DNA of 64,000 bases from an uncultured Mycoplasmatota bacterium. Lineage in GTDB: Bacteria; Bacillota_I; Bacilli_A; RF39; UBA660. Location: positions 1,592-65,591 of the forward strand of contig CASEIJ010000047.1 in NCBI GenBank assembly GCA_949288035.1, given 5' to 3'. Positions within the stretch are counted from its first letter, which is position 1, and every line of letters starts with the position of its first letter. Positions 7,881 to 17,044 of this stretch are shown here, piece by piece. The notes beneath the pieces are model-generated. The model was given only the letters and a program-made list of their open reading frames with translations. It had not been told where the DNA came from and searched no databases. Made by a program: the position numbers and the translations under genes.

Positions 7881-10607
7881 TTAATCATTTAATACATGGT
7901 AACAACGATCACAGATATCTCCATGCATTTCACTTTCTTCATAATAATTCCAACATCTTTCACATTTTACTCCATTAAATTTCTCAATCTTAACACCACA
8001 TACATTGTATTTTGGTAATTCTTCTTCTACAAGTTCTACCATAGATACGATCAATAATTGTTTTAAATATGGTTTTAATGTTTCTAATGCTTCTTTGGTT
8101 TTACCTTGTGCATGAATCATTACTTTTGCTTCTAATCCTTTACCGATCACTTTTTCATCTCTTGCTTCTTCTAATGCTTTAAAAACATCATCTTTGACAG
8201 CAAAGAATTTTTCAAAGAGACTAGAAATTTCTTTCTCGTCTTCATATTCAATTTCTTTTGGATTGTTCTCTAAATGAACACTCTCTTCTTTTTTACCTGG
8301 TAAGAATTGATATACTTCTTCACTGGTATAAGGTAAAATTGGAGCAAGTAAACGAACCATCGCATAAGTAATCTCATATAGTACTGTTTGTACACTACGA
8401 CGTTTTACATCTTCTTCTTTTTCAATATATAAAATATCTTTTGTAAAATCTAAATAATAGTTAGATAAAGTAAATGTGACAAAATGATTGACTCTTTTAT
8501 ATACTTCAGAATAGTTATAATGATTAAATGAATCTCTTACATCTTTGATAAAGTCATTTAAAGCATGCATCATATATTTATCATAAATCATCATATCTTG
8601 ATAATCTACTTTGTCTTTTTCAGGATCAAATCCATTTAAGTTTCCTAACATAAAACGATAGGTATTACGAATCTTACGATAACTTTCTTTTACTTGTTTC
8701 ATTAAGTTATCTCCAATACGGACATCTTCTGTATAATCTACACTGGCAACCCATAGTCTTAATACATCTGCTCCATGTAGTTTTACCATCTTTAATGGAT
8801 CTACCGTATTACCAAGACTCTTACTCATCTTATTTCCTTTTTCATCTAGTGTAAATCCATGAGAAATCACTGCTTTATATGGAGCTTTTCCATGTACTGC
8901 TACTCCACAAATCAAAGAAGAATTAAACCAACCACGATATTGGTCACAACCTTCTAAATATACATCTGCAGGATATCCTAATCCTCTTGCTTCCATCACA
9001 CTAGTATGCGTAGAACCAGAATCAAACCATACATCCATAATATCTTCTTCTTTACGGAAATTACCATTTGGACTATGTGGATTGGTATATCCTTCTGGAA
9101 GTAAATCTTTGGCTTCTCTTTCAAACCATACATTACTTCCATACTCACGGAATAAATCAGCAACATGCATCATAATATCATAATCCATAATCTCTGTTCC
9201 ATCTTCATTATAGAAAATAGGAATTGGTACACCCCATACTCTTTGTCTAGAGATACACCAATCATTACGATCTTTAATCATATTATGTAAACGAATCTTA
9301 CCCCATTCTGGAATCCATGTAATCTCATCATTAATTTCATGTAATAACTGTTCACGAATTGGTTCAATACTACAGAACCATTGATCTGTTGCTCTAAAAA
9401 TAACTGGTTTTTTCGTTCTCCAATCATGTGGATAAGAGTGTGTAATGAATTTTAATTTTAATAAGATTCCCATCTCATCTAATTGTTTTACCACTTCTTT
9501 ATTGGCATCTTCAAAATAAAGACCAGCAAATGCTCCACTTTCTTCTGTAAGAACTCCTTTATCATCTACACCATTTACCATATCAAGATGATATTCTTGC
9601 CCAATATTAAAGTCATCTGCACCATAACTTGGAGCAATATGAACAAGTCCAGTACCAGCCTCTAATGTAACATGATATCCAAGTACCACTGGGAATTCTT
9701 TATGATTAAATACATGTTCATAAGTTAAACCAGCAAGTTCTGTACCAGGGAATACATCTAATACTTGATAATCTTCCCATCCGAAAAGAGATGCTAAATC
9801 TTTTAATAGATCATTAGATAGTACATAATGTTTTCCATTTACTTCTACTTTCGCATATTCAAAATTCTCTCCTACTGCAATGGCTGTATTACCAGGTAAT
9901 GTCCAAGGAGTTGTTGTCCAAATAACTAAATATTCTCCACTTTTCACAACATTGTTTCCTTTTTTTACTTGGAAAGCAACAAAGATAGATGGATCTTTAC
10001 GATCTTTATATTCAATCTCTGCTTCAGCAAGAGCAGATTCACTAGATGGAGACCAATAAACAGGTTTTAACCCTTTATAAATTAATCCCTTCTGTGCCAT
10101 TTTCGCAAACACTTCAATTTGAATTGCTTCTACTTCTTTTTGATAAGTAATATATGGATGTTCCCAATCTCCAATGACATTTAATGCTTGAAAGCCTTCC
10201 ATTTGTGTCTGTACTTGTTTTTTCGCATACTCATAACACTTTTCACGGAACGCTGCTTTACTCATTGATTTACGATCCACACCACTATTCGTAACTGCTG
10301 TCTCAATTGGAAGTCCATGGGTATCCCATCCTGGAATATATGGAACATAATACCCTTCCATCATCTTATAACGATTCACAAAATCTTTTAAAATCTTATT
10401 CATGGCATGACCAATATGAATACTTCCATTGGCATATGGAGGACCATCATGCAATACAAATGGTGTATGATCCTTATTCTTTTCTAAGATCTTTCCATAT
10501 AAATCCATATCCTCCCAAGCTTTTCTTCTAATCTTTTCATTCTCAGGTAAATTTCCTCTCATTTGAAACTCTGTCTTTGGCATTTTCAATGTCTCTTTAT
10601 AATCCAT
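7881..10607 (-). CDS. ileS: isoleucine--tRNA ligase
   Basis: HIGH (PYANGSIHIGH) and KMSKS motifs, C-terminal Zn-finger CERCW...CDRC. Start at MDYKETLKMPKT (ATG 10607) with a GGAGGA RBS. Confidence 0.97.
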   Translation of the reverse strand: MDYKETLKMPKTEFQMRGNLPENEKIRRKAWEDMDLYGKILEKNKDHTPFVLHDGPPYANGSIHIGHAMNKILKDFVNRYKMMEGYYVPYIPGWDTHGLPIETAVTNSGVDRKSMSKAAFREKCYEYAKKQVQTQMEGFQALNVIGDWEHPYITYQKEVEAIQIEVFAKMAQKGLIYKGLKPVYWSPSSESALAEAEIEYKDRKDPSIFVAFQVKKGNNVVKSGEYLVIWTTTPWTLPGNTAIAVGENFEYAKVEVNGKHYVLSNDLLKDLASLFGWEDYQVLDVFPGTELAGLTYEHVFNHKEFPVVLGYHVTLEAGTGLVHIAPSYGADDFNIGQEYHLDMVNGVDDKGVLTEESGAFAGLYFEDANKEVVKQLDEMGILLKLKFITHSYPHDWRTKKPVIFRATDQWFCSIEPIREQLLHEINDEITWIPEWGKIRLHNMIKDRNDWCISRQRVWGVPIPIFYNEDGTEIMDYDIMMHVADLFREYGSNVWFEREAKDLLPEGYTNPHSPNGNFRKEEDIMDVWFDSGSTHTSVMEARGLGYPADVYLEGCDQYRGWFNSSLICGVAVHGKAPYKAVISHGFTLDEKGNKMSKSLGNTVDPLKMVKLHGADVLRLWVASVDYTEDVRIGDNLMKQVKESYRKIRNTYRFMLGNLNGFDPEKDKVDYQDMMIYDKYMMHALNDFIKDVRDSFNHYNYSEVYKRVNHFVTFTLSNYYLDFTKDILYIEKEEDVKRRSVQTVLYEITYAMVRLLAPILPYTSEEVYQFLPGKKEESVHLENNPKEIEYEDEKEISSLFEKFFAVKDDVFKALEEARDEKVIGKGLEAKVMIHAQGKTKEALETLKPYLKQLLIVSMVELVEEELPKYNVCGVKIEKFNGVKCERCWNYYEESEMHGDICDRCYHVLND

Positions 10608-10625
10608 GTTCATTCCTCCTCTAAT

Positions 10626-10806
10626 AAAAAAGCCCTTAAGCAAATGCTTAAGGACGAATAATTCGCGGTACCACCTTAATTTATAGATACACTATACACT
10701 TAAAACTATAACGCGTTACCGTTCTTACTTTGCATAAGAAGCATAGAAAAGTGATCTTAGTAATATCTATTTATCTATTTCCACCAGCCATAGACTCTCT
10801 TTCAAA
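10626..10806 (-). promoter_or_regulatory. T-box riboswitch leader, Ile specifier (AUC)
   Basis: Minus strand shows AGAGA (about 10800), specifier AAG-AUC-A (AUC at 10755-10753) and the T-box AATTAAGGTGGTACCGCG (10682-10664). Terminator CCTTAAGC-ATTT-GCTTAAGG plus T-run lies at 10653-10626. Confidence 0.9.
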
Positions 10807-10885
10807 TAAAATATCACTACGTCTTTTCATCAACTGCTTTTTTATATGTTATTAATATACCATATTTTATTTTTTGTGACAAGTA

Positions 10886-11809
10886 TTATTCATATGATTT
10901 ACTTTTATATGTATATATTTTCATAAACTCTTTTTTACTTTCTTCTTCCGTAAAAATTGTATCACAAAATTCTTTTGCTTTTTCTAATTGTAATTTCAAA
11001 TAATGTTCAATTGGAATATGATACTGATTTTTTTCTAATACATCTTTTTGCTTCATCAATGATTCAAAGTAACAATCTCTTATCTCTTTGGACATATGTT
11101 TCGCATAATCAATCATTTGCAATAAACATTCTAAATAACTATAAATGAGTGTATATTGATAAGTACTAGCGAAAATACGAAACTCTACCGTCTTTTTCTC
11201 ATATGTATTATCTAATTCATTTTGATACATAATAGATTGATAATATGGTAATAAACTAATGGCATTTCTTTTAGAAACATTACTGATCATCTGAGTTAAG
11301 AAAACAGGTAATATCTGCGACTTATGAAGAGACATGACTTGTCTATAACTTAATGACTGATTCAGTGGTTTCGCATAATCTAAAATACTCTTTCGAAACA
11401 TACGATACTCTCCGGTTGCATAACGAAATAAAATATCTTCATAATGACACCATAATAAAATTAAATTTTGTAAATAAGTGACATTCTCTTCAAATATTTG
11501 TTTCCCAATATGAAAATGGATCGCACATTGATGATTTATTTCAGTCTCTTTCTGTAACATTTCTAATACAATTTTTAATTCTTGTAACCATTTTATTCTA
11601 TCATCCATGATCGGTGAATTTACTTCTAAACCAATCTTACGATCATTTGTAATATCACATGTTTTTTCTCTTTTTATCACCCAATCAAAATCTATTTTAT
11701 TTTCATTTTTTAAATGACTGAAATTTTCTTCCAACTTTATTTGATTTAAAGTGACAAACTCTATTTCTATACCATAGGTATCTGTTGTTTGTAATTTTAA
11801 CTTTCTCAT
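10886..11809 (-). CDS. amidoligase-like protein (paralog of 6746..7795)
   Basis: YGIEIEF, CAIHFHIG and TVEFRIF blocks in the same order as the other paralog. Confidence 0.5.
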   Translation of the reverse strand: MRKLKLQTTDTYGIEIEFVTLNQIKLEENFSHLKNENKIDFDWVIKREKTCDITNDRKIGLEVNSPIMDDRIKWLQELKIVLEMLQKETEINHQCAIHFHIGKQIFEENVTYLQNLILLWCHYEDILFRYATGEYRMFRKSILDYAKPLNQSLSYRQVMSLHKSQILPVFLTQMISNVSKRNAISLLPYYQSIMYQNELDNTYEKKTVEFRIFASTYQYTLIYSYLECLLQMIDYAKHMSKEIRDCYFESLMKQKDVLEKNQYHIPIEHYLKLQLEKAKEFCDTIFTEEESKKEFMKIYTYKSKSYE

Positions 11810-12291
11810 CTTTTTTTCACTTTCTGTTTCTCATATATTTCATTTTCTAGATTCGCAAACATCATCATCATTTGATATTCATTCTTCGTTAATTCTTTTT
11901 TCTCTTGATACCATTTTTTATATTTTGTTTGCTCACTCCAAAACCAACGACGCATTAAAACACCATCTGTAAAACGACTATCATCTGTTAACATTTCTTT
12001 TTGTTCTAGAAACTCTTCTACTCTTCTTTCATAAACATTTAATTTTTCAAAATGATCATATAAAAAATTATCTAATTCAGCAATTAACATCACATTCTCC
12101 ATCTGTTTGAAAGATAATTGCTTATTCTCTTTACGCCAGTGATATATCTTATATAATTGATTGGAATACCATCTACCCGCTTGTTTTCCATCTTCAAATA
12201 CATATGAATCATCTTGCGTAATCTTTCTTTTATATTTCATACATAACTTCATATAACTATCGCGATATACTTTTAAATTCTCATATTTCAT
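11806..12291 (-). CDS. hypothetical protein with two helicase-associated (HA)-like repeats
   Basis: Two repeats of DG...RW(Y/F)..Q...Y..W......L. Stop overlaps the next gene start (ATGA). Start at MKYENL (RBS AGGGGTG). Confidence 0.4.
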   Translation of the reverse strand: MKYENLKVYRDSYMKLCMKYKRKITQDDSYVFEDGKQAGRWYSNQLYKIYHWRKENKQLSFKQMENVMLIAELDNFLYDHFEKLNVYERRVEEFLEQKEMLTDDSRFTDGVLMRRWFWSEQTKYKKWYQEKKELTKNEYQMMMMFANLENEIYEKQKVKKR

Positions 12292-12351
12292 ACCAACACC
12301 CCTGTTTGATTTGGTATTATAACACAAAGAAAAAACAAGCGCAAACTTGTT

Positions 12352-13080
12352 TTATAATTCCTTTAAAAGCCAATCAATGATTTCTTGATCAAAACCATAT
12401 AACTCATGTTTTCCACTTTCTATTGTCGTAAGTAGAGATGCATGTTTTTGACAAAATACTTGAATCACTTGATAATCAACCGTTGTATCCATTTTACCAT
12501 GTATTATATGAATATTTTGATAGAAAGATGCCATTACTTTTGCTTCCGCTTCTTTTAATGTGTGATAAATTTCTTTTGTTAATTTCATATGTTTATATAA
12601 AAAAATAGAATCATGTGTTTCGTAAAACTGTTCTGATACTCCTGTTTTCTTTTCGACAATACTACAAAAATTTACTGCTGGACACATCAAGTAAGTACTT
12701 TCTACCTGAGAATGTTTTAATAATTCATTTAAAACCACAAAGCCACCAAAACTGCACCCAAACAAAGATACTTTCGCATATTGTTTCGCATAATCAATCA
12801 CTTTTTCTAAATCACTTAGACACTGTTCAAACGGAAAATCAGAAAATATTCTCTCATCTTCTCCATGACCTGGAAAATCAAAAGCAATGATTCCAATTTG
12901 ATTTTGATACAATGGTTCATAAAACCTAGCCATCCAATTTTTATTTGCCCCTAAACCATGACAATAAACAATAACTTTTTTTACATTCTCTGGAATTACT
13001 TTTAGAGCATGAATATTTCCTATCAAAATAGATTTCACACGATCATCACAAAGCATTTGTTCTACTAATTTCTCATTCAT
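12352..13080 (-). CDS. alpha/beta hydrolase
   Basis: Nucleophile elbow GCSFGG, HG oxyanion motif (YCHGLG). Confidence 0.7.
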   Translation of the reverse strand: MNEKLVEQMLCDDRVKSILIGNIHALKVIPENVKKVIVYCHGLGANKNWMARFYEPLYQNQIGIIAFDFPGHGEDERIFSDFPFEQCLSDLEKVIDYAKQYAKVSLFGCSFGGFVVLNELLKHSQVESTYLMCPAVNFCSIVEKKTGVSEQFYETHDSIFLYKHMKLTKEIYHTLKEAEAKVMASFYQNIHIIHGKMDTTVDYQVIQVFCQKHASLLTTIESGKHELYGFDQEIIDWLLKEL

Positions 13081-13082
13081 GT

Positions 13083-13703
13083 TTAACTTTCCTTTTTATT
13101 CGTTTTCTTTTTATAAAACCAAATCACAAATCCAACAAAAATAATGACTAATAAAATAAGTACAACATGTGAAACATTATCGATAATTCCTAAAATCTCA
13201 TCTTTCTTATCTCCCGCAAAAGCACCTACACAAACCAGTAGTGTATTCCATATCGCACTACCAATCATTGTATATAAGAAAAACTTAGGAAGGGGCATAT
13301 CACTCATACCGGCAGGAATAGAAATCAAACTACGAACAATTGGCACACAACGACAAAACAATACTGTAATCGAACCTTTAGTATCAAACCATTTATCAGC
13401 AGCTTCAATATCTTTTGGTTTTACACGTAATAATTTTCCATACTTACTTGAGACAATTTTAATTAAATGTTCTTTATTTAATAACTTACCAATTCCATAT
13501 AATATAAACGCACCTAATAAAGAACCAATCGTAGCAGCTATAATTACCCCTACGACAGACATATTACTACTATGTGTCATGAATCCTCCAAAGGTTAAAA
13601 TTAACTCACTTGGAATCGGAGGAAATACATTCTCAATCATAATTAAAAAGAAAATTCCGAAATAGCCAAAACTATTCATAATATCTATCATTATTTGTTC
13701 CAT
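13083..13703 (-). CDS. DedA family membrane protein
   Basis: ENVFPPIPSE motif, multi-TM, about 200 aa. Confidence 0.8.
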   Translation of the reverse strand: MEQIMIDIMNSFGYFGIFFLIMIENVFPPIPSELILTFGGFMTHSSNMSVVGVIIAATIGSLLGAFILYGIGKLLNKEHLIKIVSSKYGKLLRVKPKDIEAADKWFDTKGSITVLFCRCVPIVRSLISIPAGMSDMPLPKFFLYTMIGSAIWNTLLVCVGAFAGDKKDEILGIIDNVSHVVLILLVIIFVGFVIWFYKKKTNKKES

Positions 13704-13782
13704 ATCTAACTCCTTTATTTTTATGTACTGATATCAGTCTAACATAAAAAAGAACAAAAATAAATCTATTTCCGTTCTTTTT

Positions 13783-14991
13783 TTAATCAAACTTTCTTTT
13801 TATTTTATTTTCTGCTAATGAAGCTTTTCCAATCACTTGTTCTCCAAATTTCTTTTTTATTTCATCCACAACAAAATCCAGTTTCTCATTTTCTTTTTTT
13901 TCTTCAAAATCTTCAAACAAAGATGCTTGATAAGATACATGATCTGTTAATTGATCTAAGCGAATCCCAATCAAACGAATTGGATCTCTTTTCCAGCCTT
14001 CTAAAAATAATTCTTTACTCACTTCAAAGATTTCAGAAGTAGAACAAGTAGGATTATCTAACTTTCTCTGATGAGTATAACTTTTAAAGAATTTATCTTT
14101 AAATATCACCGCAACAACACTTGCATATTTATGTTTCTTTCTTAAAGAAAGAGAAACATTTTCACTAATCGCATGTAAGATTGGAAATATCTCATCTGTA
14201 TGACTCATATCTCTTGGTAATGTCGTGGTATTACTAATTCCTTTTCGTTCTGTTTGTTCTGATATCACTTCTGAATCATCAATTCCATTTGCCCACTCCA
14301 CCATCTTAACAGCACTATTTTTAAAATATTTATACAAATAAGCTGTATCAGCGTGCGCTAAATCAGAAATCGTATGTATGTTTAATTGGTGCAATTTCGC
14401 ACTGGTCTGTTTTCCAATTCCAAATAAATCATCAATGGGAAGAGGAAACATTTTCTCTTTTATTTCATGTTTATATAACGTATGTATTTTATATGGTTTA
14501 GAAAAATCAGAAGCCATTTTCGCACATAACTTAGAATTCGCAATTCCAATATTGACAGTAAAACCTAAAGTATCTAGAATTTCTTTTTGAATCTTTTTCG
14601 CAAATTCATAAGGATCACCATATAACTTCTGTACTTTTCCATAATCTAAATAACATTCATCAATACTTGCTACTTCAATATCCGGTGAATACTTACTAAG
14701 AAGTTGAAATAACGCATTAGAATTTTGTTGATACCATTTATAATTTGGAGGATAAAAACGAATAGCAGGACACTTCTTACGAGCCATATAAAGTGTCTCA
14801 CCCGTTACAACCCCACACTTCTTCGCCTTAGGAGACTTTGCTAACACAATTCCTCGACGTGACTTCTCATCTCCTCCAATCGCAGCATAAGAATCTCTAA
14901 TATCATATTTATAACCCTGATTCAATAAATCTAAAGCAGTCCAAGATAGAAAGGCATTATTCACATCAATATGAAATATAATTCTTTCCAT
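13783..14991 (-). CDS. dinB: DNA polymerase IV (Y-family)
   Basis: IFHIDVNNAF and SIDECYLD catalytic motifs. Start at MERII (RBS AGGTGA). Confidence 0.9.
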   Translation of the reverse strand: MERIIFHIDVNNAFLSWTALDLLNQGYKYDIRDSYAAIGGDEKSRRGIVLAKSPKAKKCGVVTGETLYMARKKCPAIRFYPPNYKWYQQNSNALFQLLSKYSPDIEVASIDECYLDYGKVQKLYGDPYEFAKKIQKEILDTLGFTVNIGIANSKLCAKMASDFSKPYKIHTLYKHEIKEKMFPLPIDDLFGIGKQTSAKLHQLNIHTISDLAHADTAYLYKYFKNSAVKMVEWANGIDDSEVISEQTERKGISNTTTLPRDMSHTDEIFPILHAISENVSLSLRKKHKYASVVAVIFKDKFFKSYTHQRKLDNPTCSTSEIFEVSKELFLEGWKRDPIRLIGIRLDQLTDHVSYQASLFEDFEEKKENEKLDFVVDEIKKKFGEQVIGKASLAENKIKRKFD

Positions 14992-15226
14992 AGACATCAC
15001 CTAGATTTATTATAACATGAACATTTGTTTGTTGAAAGATAAATGAACTTATTTTCTATTTTCACATATTGTATATTAGGTGATACTTATGCATAATGGT
15101 AATTTTTTCTGTGGTAGAGGTAAATGGTGGATTTGTTGTTTCTGTACATTTACTCTCCTCATCTATCAAGTATTTTTAACGTTCTTTTTAATTACAAGAT
15201 TTAACTTATTTATGTTATTTCTATTT

Positions 15227-16129
15227 TTAGCGTTGTTCCTGTTCTCTATTTTCCGAATTATATGGTGAAATAAACTGTTCTGTCTTATACATCATATCAA
15301 TCATATTACTCACTTTTTGACACATGACATATTCATGATCATCCCACTCTATCTTATCGGGAAGTGCTAATAAAATAAATAACAATAATCTCTCTTCTTC
15401 TAAAAGCGGATAAGCTCTTTCATAACGTTTTAATAACTCATCAAATTCAAATTCTAAGCCATGTTTTTTATAAAACTTATAGAAATCAAAAATAGGAATC
15501 CCAAACTTGGCTTTATCCCAACTTGTTAAATAGGCATTTTGATTACGAATAAAATGTGATAATTCGATATGATTATGAAGTACTACCATTCTCTGTTTTC
15601 TTTTATCCTTAATCATTTCATACCACTTTTCTAAAGCATTTTTAGAAAACTCTAAAGCTGCATATACTAATGTAATATTACGAGCCAATAAATACTCACT
15701 GGGGCTCATAATCGTATGACTTTCTATTACACTCATCATATCATCATAATAAGTTTTTAAATAAAAGATATTATTACTAATATCTTCATATAATTCTTTA
15801 TAATCACTAATATCTACTTCTTTATAATGTGTTGTTTTATGATGTAATAGTGCCATTAAATCGATTAAATCTTCTGCTTTTTGTTCTCTAGGCATAGAGA
15901 TATCTATTTCTTTTTTTGTCACTAAGATATGATCTTCATATCTTATAATCTCTGGATAATATAAAAAGTTTCTACTACGTAAATAATTCCATATTTCCTC
16001 TTGATCATGTTCCATTTCTTTCATCGCAAACTGTCCACGATCGGTATCAACGAACGTTACTTTTCCCTTCACTTGATACCGAGTAGGATGCAGTTCATAT
16101 TTATCTAATATATGTCTTATATTATGCAT
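15227..16129 (-). CDS. CotS/YsxE-like spore coat kinase-fold protein
   Basis: Phosphotransferase-like VVLHNHIELSHF. Immediately downstream of, and overlapping, the SpoVID-like gene, as in the B. subtilis spoVID-ysxE pair. Confidence 0.55.
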   Translation of the reverse strand: MHNIRHILDKYELHPTRYQVKGKVTFVDTDRGQFAMKEMEHDQEEIWNYLRSRNFLYYPEIIRYEDHILVTKKEIDISMPREQKAEDLIDLMALLHHKTTHYKEVDISDYKELYEDISNNIFYLKTYYDDMMSVIESHTIMSPSEYLLARNITLVYAALEFSKNALEKWYEMIKDKRKQRMVVLHNHIELSHFIRNQNAYLTSWDKAKFGIPIFDFYKFYKKHGLEFEFDELLKRYERAYPLLEEERLLLFILLALPDKIEWDDHEYVMCQKVSNMIDMMYKTEQFISPYNSENREQEQR

Positions 16130-16973
16130 TTTGTGATGGAATCATGATTTTATCACCAATTTTTAATTCTTTTAAATCATTATACATACTAAGTATATCT
16201 TTTGTTGTATCATATTTTTCTAAGATCGTTTCTAATGAGTCATTTTCTCTTACAATATAAACTTTATAAGTCGCATATGTCTCTTTGGTATCCATTTGTT
16301 CTAATATCTCATCAATTTTATCTGTCTTTTCTTTTTCCGTAATTTGTTCACTCTGAACGGGTACTGTTTCTTTCTCACTCATAACAGGCATATTTATTTC
16401 TTTCTCTTGTGATACTACTTCGGTTGGTGCTTCTTCCATTGTGTCCTCCTTTTCTTTCATTGTTTCTAAAACTGGCTCTGTCCCGGCTTCAGTTACAATC
16501 TCTTTATCAAATAAATCTTGAATTTCTCTTTCAATATGCTCTAACTCTTCTGTCCCCTTTTCTTCCATTTGTTCTCTTACCATTGCCTCTATTTTCTCTT
16601 CTTCCATCTTTTTCATATTCTCTTCTTTCGCATCTATTTTTACAATAATTGGATCTTCAATAATATTTTGTACACATAATTCAATATGTACCGTTAAAAT
16701 ACTAGAATTCATAATCTCATAATAAAAATCATGAATATCTACTACTGCTTTATCTAAATTACAATTCGGAAATTCATTTTCAAATGGCAACTCATAAGAG
16801 AATGATTCTACACAATTACTATGATCAGAAATCTTATACTCTCCACTCACAATAAAATCGCCAACTATTTTATCTTTCTCTGGATGTATGGTATGTTCTA
16901 GGGAAATACTAGTAATCTCCTCTAAATTTGTCTTAAATGGAATCTCTTTATGAAATGGTATTATTTTCTTCAT
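16122..16973 (-). CDS. SpoVID-like sporulation protein (acidic middle region, C-terminal LysM)
   Basis: C-terminal LysM (YKVYIVRENDSLETILEKYDTT...GDKIMIP) and an E-rich centre. Start at MKKIIPF (RBS GGTGGGA). Confidence 0.6.
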   Translation of the reverse strand: MKKIIPFHKEIPFKTNLEEITSISLEHTIHPEKDKIVGDFIVSGEYKISDHSNCVESFSYELPFENEFPNCNLDKAVVDIHDFYYEIMNSSILTVHIELCVQNIIEDPIIVKIDAKEENMKKMEEEKIEAMVREQMEEKGTEELEHIEREIQDLFDKEIVTEAGTEPVLETMKEKEDTMEEAPTEVVSQEKEINMPVMSEKETVPVQSEQITEKEKTDKIDEILEQMDTKETYATYKVYIVRENDSLETILEKYDTTKDILSMYNDLKELKIGDKIMIPSQNA

Positions 16974-17044
16974 ACTTTCCCACCTTTCACTTAAATCTAT
17001 GCCTGTAATGAAAATATAGAACAAAAAAATCGCATCTGCGATTT

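Noticed and set aside
13144-13665. Long antisense ORFs in the track. Examples: 13144..13665 opposite DedA, 55298..55687 opposite the nuclease-like gene, 6690..6971, 40686..40946, and the 60-90 aa ORFs inside ileS, lon, rny, the ATPase and recG.
   Set aside because: They lie entirely within, and opposite to, well-supported genes. They have low-complexity, AT-codon-driven composition (F/L/I/S-rich) and no RBS. They are typical shadow ORFs of AT-rich DNA.
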